This document shows, one piece after another, positions 1 to 8,104 of a DNA stretch of 29,705 nt (position 1 is the stretch's first letter; each line of letters opens with the position of its first letter). The position numbers were made by a program, and so were the translations under genes. Under the pieces are notes generated by a model. It was given only the letters and a program-made list of their open reading frames with translations, was not told the origin of the DNA and did no database searches. The DNA comes from a virus (Duplodnaviria; Caudoviricetes): the IMG/VR virus record IMGVR_UViG_3300027790_000066, positions 1-29,705 of that record; one strand, 5' to 3'.

Positions 1-265
1 CTATTCCCCTCACTTCGAGCGCCTTCGCGACCATTGCCCGCCAAACGTCTGCGGCGGCTTCTTCGCCCTTCGGCCATCCCGCCATCCATGGCTTGCACGT
101 CGCGCCGGCTTTAATCATTTCCGGCGTAGGGTCGCCGAGTAACGCCTCCAGTTCTTCGATGCGCTCCATCGCCTCCCGCATAGCCTCTATAGCGCGCGTG
201 GTGCGCTGGTCGTGCTTTGCCAGTTCCTCGTCCATGGCGGCGGCAAGCCGGTCCCGCAGGGTCAT
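1..265 (-). CDS. Hypothetical phage protein, runs off the left edge (MTLRDRLAAAM...DPTPEMIKAG...)
   Basis: ATG at 265 overlaps the upstream TGA (ATGA); the frame is open to the window edge; PTPEM motif typical of small phage early proteins. Not in the ORF track. Confidence 0.65.
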   Translation of the reverse strand, partial: MTLRDRLAAAMDEELAKHDQRTTRAIEAMREAMERIEELEALLGDPTPEMIKAGATCKPWMAGWPKGEEAAADVWRAMVAKALEVRGI

Positions 266-648
266 GTCAGTTCCTTCCAATAGGGAGAGTTCAGCCATTC
301 CTGCTCAGCGCGGCTTCTGCCGGCGGAGACCTGGCCCAACTTGTCGAAGAAAAACTTGTCTTCATCGCCGTACTGCGTGTGCAGTTCGGTATGGCAGGGC
401 GGGCAGAGGGGTACGCAAATAATGTCGGTCTGCGTGCGCCGCATGACCAGCCCGGTTTTGATTGATCGGCACCAACCCTTCAGCAGGTGGTGCGCTGGCC
501 CTCCCGGTGCGCCACAGACCATGCAGGGCATTGCCGAGACATGGCGCACATGCGCCGGGGATTTGTGTGGCGGGAGCGGGATGGGAGACACCCCACCCCC
601 GCCGGACACACCGCTTTTGGTTCCAATCAGGGGCGGTGTGTGTCTCAT
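262..648 (-). CDS. DUF968/Ref-like zinc-binding HNH-type nuclease
   Basis: PCMVCG...HH...PLCPPCHTELH motif; coupled to the ninB-like gene by an ATGA overlap. Confidence 0.75.
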   Translation of the reverse strand: MRHTPPLIGTKSGVSGGGGVSPIPLPPHKSPAHVRHVSAMPCMVCGAPGGPAHHLLKGWCRSIKTGLVMRRTQTDIICVPLCPPCHTELHTQYGDEDKFFFDKLGQVSAGRSRAEQEWLNSPYWKELT

Positions 649-1082
649 GCCGCTTGCTCCGGCTGTGTAAGTACGATGCCCTGTCCCGACCAGTGGCGAT
701 GGATTTCGTCCAGGTACTCCGTTTTCTGCTTGACGTTCATCTGGCGGGTGACGGGGAAATCAATAGGCTCCATCATCAGTTCGATTTTTGTCTCGTAGGG
801 CAGGGGCTTTAGAATACGGTCGTACTTCTCGCAGAATTCCGCATCGTCTCTGCGCATGATCGGGACACCAAAACGCAGCTTGCAGTAGCCCCGGTAATAT
901 TCTGCTGGTTCGTCTTCCCGCTGTTCCGCAATTTCCGCCATCCATTTCCGCTGCAAGGCGTTTTGTTCCGTGGAGCGGCGATTGCCCTTCGCGATGGACG
1001 CAGAGAACGGCAGGTCGTGACTGGCTATGAATTTCTCCAGCATGTCCCTGTCGGTCTCTGTTTTGATAAATCGCGTTGTCAC
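645..1082 (-). CDS. NinB/Orf-like recombination mediator
   Basis: RSTEQNALQRKWMAEIAEQ and C-terminal TRQMNVKQKTEYLDEI match the NinB pattern; SD GAGG before the GTG. Confidence 0.75.
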   Translation of the reverse strand: MTTRFIKTETDRDMLEKFIASHDLPFSASIAKGNRRSTEQNALQRKWMAEIAEQREDEPAEYYRGYCKLRFGVPIMRRDDAEFCEKYDRILKPLPYETKIELMMEPIDFPVTRQMNVKQKTEYLDEIHRHWSGQGIVLTQPEQAA

Positions 1083-1144
1083 GTCTCTTACCTCTATTTC
1101 AGCGTCAGGCCATGTCTTGAGCGCGGCACGTATGGCGGGGTTGC

Positions 1145-1591
1145 TTAGAACGGGATTTCGTCATCAAGGTTGCCACCGCCCGGCACGCCGCCAGGATCGG
1201 TATTCCCTCCCGCCGCGTTCGGGTCTGCCGGGGTTTGCTCACCCTTGCCGCCCAACATGATCATTTTGCCGGAGAACCTCTGCAAAACGACTTCGGTGCT
1301 GTATTTCTCGACGCCCTGTTGGTCGGTCCATTTGCGGGTTTGCAGCGCTCCCTCCAGATAGACAGTTGCGCCCTTGGTGAGATACTTCTGTGCGACCTCG
1401 CAGATTTTCTCATCGAAGATGACGACGCGGTGCCATTCGGTTTTCTCCCGCTTTTCGCCGCTGTCTTTGTCGCGCCAGTTCTCGGATGTGGCGATAGACA
1501 GGTTGGCAATCGCCCTCCCGTCATTGGTGTGACGGATTTCCGGGTCGCGTCCGAGATTGCCGATAAGGGTTACTTTGTTGAGTGATGCCAT
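1145..1591 (-). CDS. ssb: Single-stranded DNA-binding protein
   Basis: [18 protein letters not shown]...TEWHRVV...DDEIPF; start reassigned to the ATG at 1591 (TGATG overlap). Confidence 0.97.
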   Translation of the reverse strand: MASLNKVTLIGNLGRDPEIRHTNDGRAIANLSIATSENWRDKDSGEKREKTEWHRVVIFDEKICEVAQKYLTKGATVYLEGALQTRKWTDQQGVEKYSTEVVLQRFSGKMIMLGGKGEQTPADPNAAGGNTDPGGVPGGGNLDDEIPF

Positions 1592-2340
1592 CAGACGGCC
1601 TTCCTTTCTTCGATGATGTCCACGCCGGGGATGTCCTGGTCGTGGTTCTGTTCCACAATTTTGTCGGCCATCTCGCGCAACCAGCCCGACATTTCGGATT
1701 CGCGGTGTGTCCATATCCATCTGGCAAATTCGCGTTTGTCCGTGATTTCTGCTTTCCAAACGCTCCGCAGTCCTGTTGCGCGTCCGGCACCGCCTTTGGC
1801 GTGCGCCTTGTCATTGGCGGCGACTCGCGCCTTGATGTCTGCCTGCTTTGCCGCCTCGGCTAATCGTTCGGCTTCCTCGCGTTCTGCAAGATTGTCTTTC
1901 TCGGACAGGATGAAAGCCTGTTCCGCCGCCTTACGGGCCGCCTCGGCTTCCTCGCGGGCGATGCGCTCTGCCTCGCGCTTTTCCGCTTCCAACCTTTCGA
2001 GCCACGGCGTCAGCGCCTTTTTGGCAACATCGAGCGCCATGACCGTTTTGCCGGTAACTGTCTTGGTTTTGCCGATCAGCGGATTGTACCGGGCCTGCAC
2101 TTCGGCCTTTCCTTCATCGAACGGCTTGACCTCACCCTTGCGGAGTGCGTCGGCTTCCTTCTCGGCATCGCGGATCATGTTGATAAGCGAGTTGAGAGCG
2201 TCGGCCTGTCCCTGCGAGTCCACGGGGTCGCCGTCGAGCCAGCCCTTCGCTTCTTCATACAGGTCGTTGATGCGCTCGGCGATTTCATCGAACGGAGTCG
2301 GCGGGTTATTGTCGCCAATGGTGGCTATCTGGGTATTCAT
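1591..2340 (-). CDS. Coiled-coil phage protein associated with the recombination module
   Basis: 249 aa, IGDNNPP N-terminus, long alanine/glutamate-rich helix, coupled to both neighbours. Confidence 0.8.
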   Translation of the reverse strand: MNTQIATIGDNNPPTPFDEIAERINDLYEEAKGWLDGDPVDSQGQADALNSLINMIRDAEKEADALRKGEVKPFDEGKAEVQARYNPLIGKTKTVTGKTVMALDVAKKALTPWLERLEAEKREAERIAREEAEAARKAAEQAFILSEKDNLAEREEAERLAEAAKQADIKARVAANDKAHAKGGAGRATGLRSVWKAEITDKREFARWIWTHRESEMSGWLREMADKIVEQNHDQDIPGVDIIEERKAV

Positions 2341-3020
2341 GCGGCCTCTCCCTGTTTTTCAATATCGCCCGCAATGAACGGGTCGGATTTCATTTCTTCC
2401 TTCTTCTCGACGCAGGCATGGTAATCGTCGGGTGTTTCGCGGTTCATCTGGTTCAAGCGCTGTGCGTGCGACTTCCATGTCGCGGCCAGTTCGTCGAGCG
2501 TTGTACAGGCCCCAAGCGCCGTGCAGATTTCGTCCTTGGTCGCCGGGGCGGGTGCGTTGATTTCCGCGTCCGTTTTGACGTTCGATTGCGTCTTGTCGTA
2601 CAGGGCGAGGCCGAACGGATTCCCGAACGTCATCAGGGCGCGCTTCATGGCGTCTGTCTCTGCTTCCTTGATGGCGCTTTCGTGGGCCTGTCCAGGATCA
2701 ATATCAATGCCGTGTCCCGCACCGACGCCCTCGCGGACCACGCCGCCCGCCGTCACGCGAACCTTGGCCGTATAGGTGACGCCGAAGCCGTCTTTTTCCC
2801 ACGCCTTGCCCTCAGCGATTTTGCGCGGGCGTTCGGAGACGCAGGAAATATAGACAGTCTCGCGCGTCCATCCGTCAAACCCGAATATCCGGTTGGCCTC
2901 TGCGATGACGTGCCAGCCTTCGATATAGGACAGCGTTGCCTTGCCTTGCTCGCGGGTCTTTACATGGTTCTGGTTCAGTGGCGCCCGAAGATCCGCGTAT
3001 GTGCCGTTGTCAAATGTCAT
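2337..3020 (-). CDS. Rad52/Rad22-family (Sak-like) single-strand annealing protein
   Basis: LSYIEGWHVIAEANRIFGFDGW and HESAIKEAETDAMKRALMTFGNPFGLALYDK; start at ATG 3020 with SD GGAGG. Confidence 0.93.
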   Translation of the reverse strand: MTFDNGTYADLRAPLNQNHVKTREQGKATLSYIEGWHVIAEANRIFGFDGWTRETVYISCVSERPRKIAEGKAWEKDGFGVTYTAKVRVTAGGVVREGVGAGHGIDIDPGQAHESAIKEAETDAMKRALMTFGNPFGLALYDKTQSNVKTDAEINAPAPATKDEICTALGACTTLDELAATWKSHAQRLNQMNRETPDDYHACVEKKEEMKSDPFIAGDIEKQGEAA

Positions 3021-3232
3021 TCCGCTGCCTCCGTGTATTCGGCTGTTGCCGTGTTCAGCCCGACCATGTGTTGATCGGCTGTGATTGAATTGAGAACGGT
3101 CGCGAGGTATTCCGCGTCCGCCCTGCTGCTGGCCCGGAACGTCCGCAACGGGCCTTTGACGTAGTGGCGCGGGACAGGCAACATGCGGCCATGCAAAACC
3201 GTCTGTGTTTCCGTTTTGTAAGGCGCGCTCAC
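3017..3232 (-). CDS. Small hypothetical protein (71 aa)
   Basis: GTG at 3232 overlaps the upstream stop (GTGA); its own stop overlaps the Rad52 start. Confidence 0.6.
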   Translation of the reverse strand: MSAPYKTETQTVLHGRMLPVPRHYVKGPLRTFRASSRADAEYLATVLNSITADQHMVGLNTATAEYTEAAE

Positions 3233-3321
3233 GGCAGCCACCTGATCGGCTCCACCCCGGTCCAGTGCATCGCAAAGCTGGCGACGGTAGCTACAGCGAT
3301 AATTGCCAGAACCGCTTTCAT
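3229..3321 (-). CDS. 30-aa hydrophobic peptide (MKAVLAIIAVATVASFAMHWTGVEPIRWLP)
   Basis: 4-bp start/stop overlaps on both sides; one predicted transmembrane segment. Confidence 0.55.
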   Translation of the reverse strand: MKAVLAIIAVATVASFAMHWTGVEPIRWLP

Positions 3322-3464
3322 TTGTTCGGCTCCGCGTTGAGGCAATGAACTTCAAGCATCCGGGCGAATGTCTTTTGAGACAGGCCTGTTGGCTTGATCG
3401 GTGGCGTTACCAGTTTGGCGGCTGCGGTCTTGCGGTCGCGGCGGTATCGCTTAAACATCTTCAT
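3318..3464 (-). CDS. 48-aa basic peptide (MKMFKRYRRDRK...)
   Basis: SD GGAGG upstream; stop overlaps the next ATG. Confidence 0.55.
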   Translation of the reverse strand: MKMFKRYRRDRKTAAAKLVTPPIKPTGLSQKTFARMLEVHCLNAEPNK

Positions 3465-3579
3465 CGTCTTCCTCCGTTAACTGGCGGGCCTGTTCAGCCC
3501 ATTTGCTCAGGGTTTCTTCCGGCTGGCCGGCTGCCATCCAGGCGGTGAATTCGGGGTCGTAGGGTTGGCGCTCAGTCAT
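3451..3579 (-). CDS. 42-aa acidic peptide (MTERQPYDPEFTAW...)
   Basis: Purine-rich SD (GGAGAAGG); overlaps both neighbours and fills the operon gap. Confidence 0.55.
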   Translation of the reverse strand: MTERQPYDPEFTAWMAAGQPEETLSKWAEQARQLTEEDDEDV

Positions 3580-3907
3580 CGCCTTCTCCCTTCTGTGTGG
3601 ATTTGAGGGCGCGAGTTTTTACGGCAATGTAAGTCGCTCCCCGCGACCGCTCGTATAGATCGTGTGAGCCGCCGTTATGCGCTTCCTTGTGGCAAAACTC
3701 GGCATGTTTGTCGGCAAACACAGCCGCCCGTTCCAGCGCCTCGTCTGCCGCTTCTTGCAGGGCGGTGGCAATGGCTGTTTCAATCTCCCGCCCGTTTGAA
3801 AACTTTATGCTAGAGGATATGGGTGCGGCACTTGTTGAATCGATAGAATATAGAGGTTCCCAACCACGCATAATCTCCCGCGCCTTTTCCTTGTATGCGT
3901 CAGTCAT
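3572..3907 (-). CDS. Hypothetical phage protein
   Basis: 111-aa ORF in the coupled operon with SD GGAGG. Confidence 0.7.
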   Translation of the reverse strand: MTDAYKEKAREIMRGWEPLYSIDSTSAAPISSSIKFSNGREIETAIATALQEAADEALERAAVFADKHAEFCHKEAHNGGSHDLYERSRGATYIAVKTRALKSTQKGEGDD

Positions 3908-4232
3908 TGGTACGGCCCTCCGCTTTGGCGACGGCGGCGCGAGCGATGTCTACACCGGAAATTTGGCAATCCTCCCCGGCGCATGTCCTGTCATGTGAGT
4001 CCAACATCAGTTTCAGCGCCGTTAGAAGTTCCGGTGCGCTGGCGATCAGGTGGGCGTTGGCAGCGTGTGCTTCAATGTCGCGGCCATTGTGGTAGGCAAG
4101 GGCATAGGCGACCGTCCGACCGTTCTCGTCATCCACAGTGCTGTACGCAGACCTCCCCGCTTCGATCAGGCCGATATCCTCGGGGTATGCGTTCCAACTT
4201 CCCGGCGTCCATTTCTTTTCATGTACTGTCAT
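3900..4232 (-). CDS. Conserved phage protein (WTPGxW...ANAxLIAxAPELL type)
   Basis: Recognisable motif pair; coupled overlaps. Confidence 0.8.
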   Translation of the reverse strand: MTVHEKKWTPGSWNAYPEDIGLIEAGRSAYSTVDDENGRTVAYALAYHNGRDIEAHAANAHLIASAPELLTALKLMLDSHDRTCAGEDCQISGVDIARAAVAKAEGRTND

Positions 4233-4753
4233 TGAGAGTCTCCAATCATCCCGCGCAGGACAGCCGTTCCCTCGATCCGGTCGAGGATCAAAATGCTTTC
4301 CTTGCCGAGCGCCTCGTTCGGGTAATCGGTAGAGGACCAGTGCAGTCGTGCTTCAGTAATCGTGAAATTCCGGCAGCCCGCGCGGATTTGCAGAACACCG
4401 TCTTTGATCCAGCCGATGAAGCGGTAACCGTCTGACCGCTGGCCGCCGTCTACCAGATCGGCACCGCCCAGATCGGCACCGCGCAGATCGGCATCGCCCA
4501 GATAGGCACCGCGCAGATAGGCACCGCGCAGATCGGCACCGCCCAGATCGGCACCGCTCAGACGGGCACCGCGCAGATCGGCACCGCCCAGATAGGCACC
4601 GCACAGATAGGCATCGCCCAGATTGGCACCGCGTTTAAAGCCCCACTGGACCGCCAACCCGACCTTGACAGAGCGCGGAGTATCTTCGTTCGCGTCTATT
4701 TCTGCCGTAAACAGTACGTCGCCGGTAAAGCGGTTTTTGATATCGAATTCCAT
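4229..4753 (-). CDS. Pentapeptide-repeat protein
   Basis: 12 x [G/D]A[D/Y/N/R]Lx repeats; [12 protein letters not shown]-terminus; [10 protein letters not shown]-terminal domain. Confidence 0.93.
   Translation of the reverse strand: MEFDIKNRFTGDVLFTAEIDANEDTPRSVKVGLAVQWGFKRGANLGDAYLCGAYLGGADLRGARLSGADLGGADLRGAYLRGAYLGDADLRGADLGGADLVDGGQRSDGYRFIGWIKDGVLQIRAGCRNFTITEARLHWSSTDYPNEALGKESILILDRIEGTAVLRGMIGDSQ
4451..4630. repeat. 12 tandem 15-bp repeats (coding-strand consensus GRTGCCNRTCTGNGC)
   Basis: Units read directly from the sequence, e.g. gcccagatcggcacc on the + strand. Confidence 0.97.
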
Positions 4754-4758
4754 ATCCG

Positions 4759-5049
4759 CTACTCCGCCGCCATCGCATACCGATCGGCATCGGCAATCGT
4801 ATCTGCGAGCATCTGGAATGCGGGGGTGAGTTCGTCGGTTTTGGTGTCACGGAGAACACCGGCAAACACGCGAAGCTGGTCGGCTGCCTCTACATCGTTG
4901 ATGCGGTCGGCGGCGCGCTTGGCGTATTCGATCAGGTCGAGAAGTTTGGAGTCTACCGCCAGCAGTTCGGCGTAATCATCGTCGCTGACCTTGCGGCGGG
5001 CGACGGTTGCGGCTGCGTGTTTTTTTAGGTCTGTGGCTGTGTAGGTCAT
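4759..5049 (-). CDS. Hypothetical protein, first gene of the leftward early operon
   Basis: 96 aa, SD AGGAG, directly downstream of the pL-like promoter. Confidence 0.8.
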   Translation of the reverse strand: MTYTATDLKKHAAATVARRKVSDDDYAELLAVDSKLLDLIEYAKRAADRINDVEAADQLRVFAGVLRDTKTDELTPAFQMLADTIADADRYAMAAE

Positions 5050-5073
5050 CGGGCATCTCCTGATTGGATGCTC

Positions 5074-5104
5074 CGATTATGAACAACATGAATAAACTAT
5101 GCAA
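5074..5104 (-). promoter_or_regulatory. pL-like promoter with overlapping operator
   Basis: TTGCAT-17-CATAAT on the minus strand; 28/31 identical to the rightward promoter. Confidence 0.8.
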
Positions 5105-5143
5105 CACCAAAATTCATATTATTCATATTTTTTTAAATCCGAA

Positions 5144-5758
5144 TCAATTTGGGAGAATACCGGCCACCTTCGCAGCCCAGAGAATATGCCGATTTTCGAT
5201 GATCGGGGCGTTCCATGACACCAGGTTAAAACAATGGTTCTCCGAGCCGCGCCGAAGTTCTTTGACGTACATTTGCCCGTCATCGGTCTCGCATACGCAC
5301 AACTGCCCTATGCACTCATCAGGCACGCCGTCGCCGTTCCTTCGATAGAACAGAGTCCATCCATCTTTAATCGGATGCATTGAATCCCCCCTTACAATCA
5401 GCGCTACCACCTCGCCTGTTACCCACTCCGGCACGACTACCTCCCCCATACTCTCGCCGTTGCTATAGCTGTCAAAAGGGATCACTTCTGATCCAGCACC
5501 TACATATCCAACTATCGGCGCAGTAGAGGTATTATGGTCCGCCCCTATAGCCAGAGCAACCCCATCTACAGGATAGCCGGACCGGCGCGCTATCCTGTGA
5601 AGTGTTGTTAACATTGTTTGGCTTGTATTTGCAGCGCTCCCGGTTTCCAGCTTCGATAGCATGGACTGCCCGATACCGCACCGTTCAGCGAATTCCGCTT
5701 GGGTTAGCTTTAAATGACGCCGTAGCCCCCGGACCCATTCGCCCAGTGTATTAACCAT
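5144..5758 (-). CDS. cI: CI-like repressor (XRE HTH plus S24 autopeptidase)
   Basis: LTQAEFAERCGIGQSMLSKLETG HTH; VGAG cleavage site; VRGDSMHP serine and YVKEL lysine. Start is 5758 or 5821. Confidence 0.92.
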   Translation of the reverse strand: MVNTLGEWVRGLRRHLKLTQAEFAERCGIGQSMLSKLETGSAANTSQTMLTTLHRIARRSGYPVDGVALAIGADHNTSTAPIVGYVGAGSEVIPFDSYSNGESMGEVVVPEWVTGEVVALIVRGDSMHPIKDGWTLFYRRNGDGVPDECIGQLCVCETDDGQMYVKELRRGSENHCFNLVSWNAPIIENRHILWAAKVAGILPN

Positions 5759-5838
5759 GATTATCCCGTGCCAGCCTGCGCCGTAAAGTTCTGCGGGGAT
5801 ATTTTCATAATGAATATGCATGGGGTTAATAAAATCGC

Positions 5839-5869
5839 TTGCATAGAATATTCATGTAGTTCATAATCG
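5839..5869 (+). promoter_or_regulatory. pR-like promoter with overlapping operator
   Basis: TTGCAT(5839)-17-CATAAT(5862-5867). Confidence 0.8.
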
Positions 5870-5873
5870 TCAC

Positions 5874-6077
5874 ATGACCCCATTGAAGCACATCAGAACG
5901 AAGGTTTTTAACCTGAACCAGATGGATTTGGCCGAGCGCCTCTCCGTCACGCAATCGTATATCTCAAAAGCGGAGCGCAAGGCGGTGATACCCGCGCCGC
6001 TCCAGATGAAAATCCGGGCGGAGGCTGCGGCATCCGGGGTCGAGTGGAGCGATAGCTTTTTTTTCGAGGTGCCATGA
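5874..6077 (+). CDS. cro: Cro-like HTH protein
   Basis: LNQMDLAERLSVTQSYISKAE; small gene divergent from cI. Confidence 0.88.
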   Translation: MTPLKHIRTKVFNLNQMDLAERLSVTQSYISKAERKAVIPAPLQMKIRAEAAASGVEWSDSFFFEVP

Positions 6078-6180
6078 ACAACCCCGTCGCACACGTCCCC
6101 CAATTTGCTCCAGTTCTCCATGCTCCGAAGATGGGGCAGGGGGCCGATGCGGTCTATTCCAATGAAAAGGGAATTTTAGA

Positions 6181-6678
6181 ATGACCCCGACAAACCCGGA
6201 TACGATCCACGGTGCGATCCGCGTCGTAAAGGATGCGATTTCTATCGAACTGTGCGCCGAGACCATCGGCAAATCCCCCGCGCTGATTTACAAATTCATC
6301 CGCGTACAGGCCCGCCCGAACATCGACCAGTGCGTTGCGCTGGATATCGCATACGAGGCGGCGACCGGGTTGCCGGGGCCGATCATGCGGGCTGCGCGGG
6401 GCAAGGTATCGGCGGCACAGTCCGGCCAGACCGACGCGCACTGCCTGAACGAGGACATTATCGAACTGGCTGACGAGTTGGGGGCCTTCGCCCGTGACAG
6501 CCGCAAGGCATGGGCCGACAAGCATTTGACCCCGCTGGAACAGGCCGAACTGCTGAGCGCGCTGTTCCGTCTGGAGATGGTCGCCCACGCTACCCGCGAG
6601 AACATCAACGCCCATTGCGGCGAGCCAGCCGGCGCGCAGACGGAAGCGCCCGGCCAGATTGAAATGGCAATACATTGA
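6181..6678 (+). CDS. CII-like regulatory protein
   Basis: Position after cro; N-terminal HTH-like segment (CAETIGKSPALIYK); ADKHLTPLE C-terminal motif seen in CII-family proteins. Confidence 0.65.
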   Translation: MTPTNPDTIHGAIRVVKDAISIELCAETIGKSPALIYKFIRVQARPNIDQCVALDIAYEAATGLPGPIMRAARGKVSAAQSGQTDAHCLNEDIIELADELGAFARDSRKAWADKHLTPLEQAELLSALFRLEMVAHATRENINAHCGEPAGAQTEAPGQIEMAIH

Positions 6679-6724
6679 ACAGAGCGTTGCACTTGTTCCC
6701 CTCCCTGAGCAGCAACGTGAAACT

Positions 6725-6752
6725 GCCGCGCGTAGTGTTTGCGGCCTTTTAT
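6725..6752 (+). terminator. Weak intrinsic terminator after cII
   Basis: GCCGC...GCGGC followed by CTTTTAT. Confidence 0.4.
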
Positions 6753-6772
6753 TCAGTTCCCCTTCGGGGGAA

Positions 6773-6895
6773 GACCGCAGCGGCGTGGAAAGCAGACACG
6801 CGGGCCAAGTCTGGAGCGATTGCTAAACGCAGGGCGCATAGGCCCAAAAGTTCGATAGCAAAGAACAGCCGGAGTAGCGCCCGGCCTGCGGTCCA
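6773..6895 (+). ncRNA. Putative tRNA-like structured RNA (not a canonical tRNA)
   Basis: Five perfect stems in cloverleaf order, ending CCA; see findings. Confidence 0.65.
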
Positions 6896-6913
6896 CTCAT
6901 TCATGGGGGCGGC

Positions 6914-6967
6914 ATGATCCTCGCCCTTGATATCGCAACACAGACCGGGTGGGCCGACAGCGCATGA
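6914..6967 (+). pseudogene. N-terminal stub of a phage RuvC-like resolvase (MILALDIATQTGWADSA*)
   Basis: Matches the first beta-strand motif ILALDx(A/G)TxTGWA; truncated exactly at the rusA start. Confidence 0.7.
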
Positions 6968-7332
6968 CCCCGGTAACCCTTCTTGTCCCGTATCCGCCGT
7001 CTGCGAACCGGCTGTGGCGTCATGGACGCGGCAGAACGTTCAAGTCGTCCGATTACACGGCGTGGCTTGTTGAGGGCGCTCAAATGCTCAAAAAGCAGTC
7101 ATTCACTAGATTTTCCGTTCCTGTTCGCGTCGATATGGCCGTGGGAATCCCTCGCCGCCTAGATGGTTCTTTTTCGGTTAGGAAGACCGACCTGGATAAC
7201 CGCATAAAGCCGACCCTCGATCTTTTGCAGTCGTCGGGTGTTCTGGAAGACGACTCCCTCGTTCATCACTTAGACGTTCGGTGGTCGCGCGATGTTGTCG
7301 GCATTCAGGTTGATATCGAGGTACTAACATGA
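6964..7332 (+). CDS. rusA: RusA Holliday junction resolvase
   Basis: PYPPSANRLWR, DLDNRIKPTLDLL and GVLEDDSLV motifs. Confidence 0.92.
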   Translation: MTPVTLLVPYPPSANRLWRHGRGRTFKSSDYTAWLVEGAQMLKKQSFTRFSVPVRVDMAVGIPRRLDGSFSVRKTDLDNRIKPTLDLLQSSGVLEDDSLVHHLDVRWSRDVVGIQVDIEVLT

Positions 7333-7880
7333 GCGATATTGTTTGGCGCGCCATACCCGAGTGGCAGGATTACGAAGTGTCCCGGTGCGGGAAGGTCCGC
7401 AGAACAAAACCGGGAAAGCGCGGCGGATTCTGTGGGGAAAGAACCCCCTACACTTGCAACACGGGATACAAATATATCTGTCTAAGACAAGGTGGTCGCA
7501 AGAAAGCGCTGGCTGTGCATCGTCTTGTCGCATTCGCATTTATCGACCCCGCGCCTGATGCGAAGCCCTTTGTGGCCCATCTAAATGGAAACCGGACCGA
7601 TAATCGCGCAGAGAATTTAGCGTGGGTCAGTCGCTCGGAGAACGAACAACATAAAATTTTGCACGGGACCAGCAATCGTGGAGAGCGCAACCGAAGCGCT
7701 CGCCTAACCGCGCCCAAGGTTATCGAAATCCGGCGGTTGTTATCCGCCGGAAACACGCAGTCGAGCGTTGCCAAGAAATACGGAGTTCACGCCGCAACAA
7801 TCGGTTCCATAGCCCAAGGCCAGTCTTGGGGATGGCTTTTAAGTGACGATAGCACTGATGACATATTGGAAAGAGCATGA
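7329..7880 (+). CDS. NUMOD4-HNH homing-type endonuclease with C-terminal HTH
   Basis: WRAIPEWQDYEVSRCGKVR; VHRLVAFAF...HLNGNRTDNRAENLAW; TQSSVAKKYGV. Confidence 0.92.
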   Translation: MSDIVWRAIPEWQDYEVSRCGKVRRTKPGKRGGFCGERTPYTCNTGYKYICLRQGGRKKALAVHRLVAFAFIDPAPDAKPFVAHLNGNRTDNRAENLAWVSRSENEQHKILHGTSNRGERNRSARLTAPKVIEIRRLLSAGNTQSSVAKKYGVHAATIGSIAQGQSWGWLLSDDSTDDILERA

Positions 7881-8104
7881 AAGTACCTGAGTTTTTCCCC
7901 GGCAACAGCAGCACCAAGAGCCTCAAGCACAGCCGCCGCCGTGACTTCTACGAGGACATGGCCGCAAAGGCAGAGAATTCCTGGATCGTACTTGGACACA
8001 GCAACGTGCGGTTCTGGGTAGAGACCGACGCTAACTCGAAGGGGACTCTTCACGCTGTCCGGTCAAATCTTGTCAACGGGTTGCCGCCCAAGGTGTCCGC
8101 GTGA
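7877..8104 (+). CDS. Small conserved phage protein
   Basis: 4-bp overlaps at both ends; VRSNLVNGLPP C-terminus. Confidence 0.7.
   Translation: MKVPEFFPGNSSTKSLKHSRRRDFYEDMAAKAENSWIVLGHSNVRFWVETDANSKGTLHAVRSNLVNGLPPKVSA

Noticed and set aside
1592-1759. N-terminal extensions in the ORF track (ssb; also Rad52 to 3275, initiator 8568, portal 15912, GNAT 22648)
   Set aside because: They overlap upstream genes; downstream starts with stop/start coupling and family-typical N-termini fit better
4451-4630. CRISPR array
   Set aside because: Contiguous 15-bp in-frame coding repeats with no spacers and no cas genes
6675-6917. 80-aa plus-strand ORF after cII
   Set aside because: TTG start, no recognisable motif, and it runs through a terminator and the cloverleaf; the RNA structure explains the region better, though translation is not excluded
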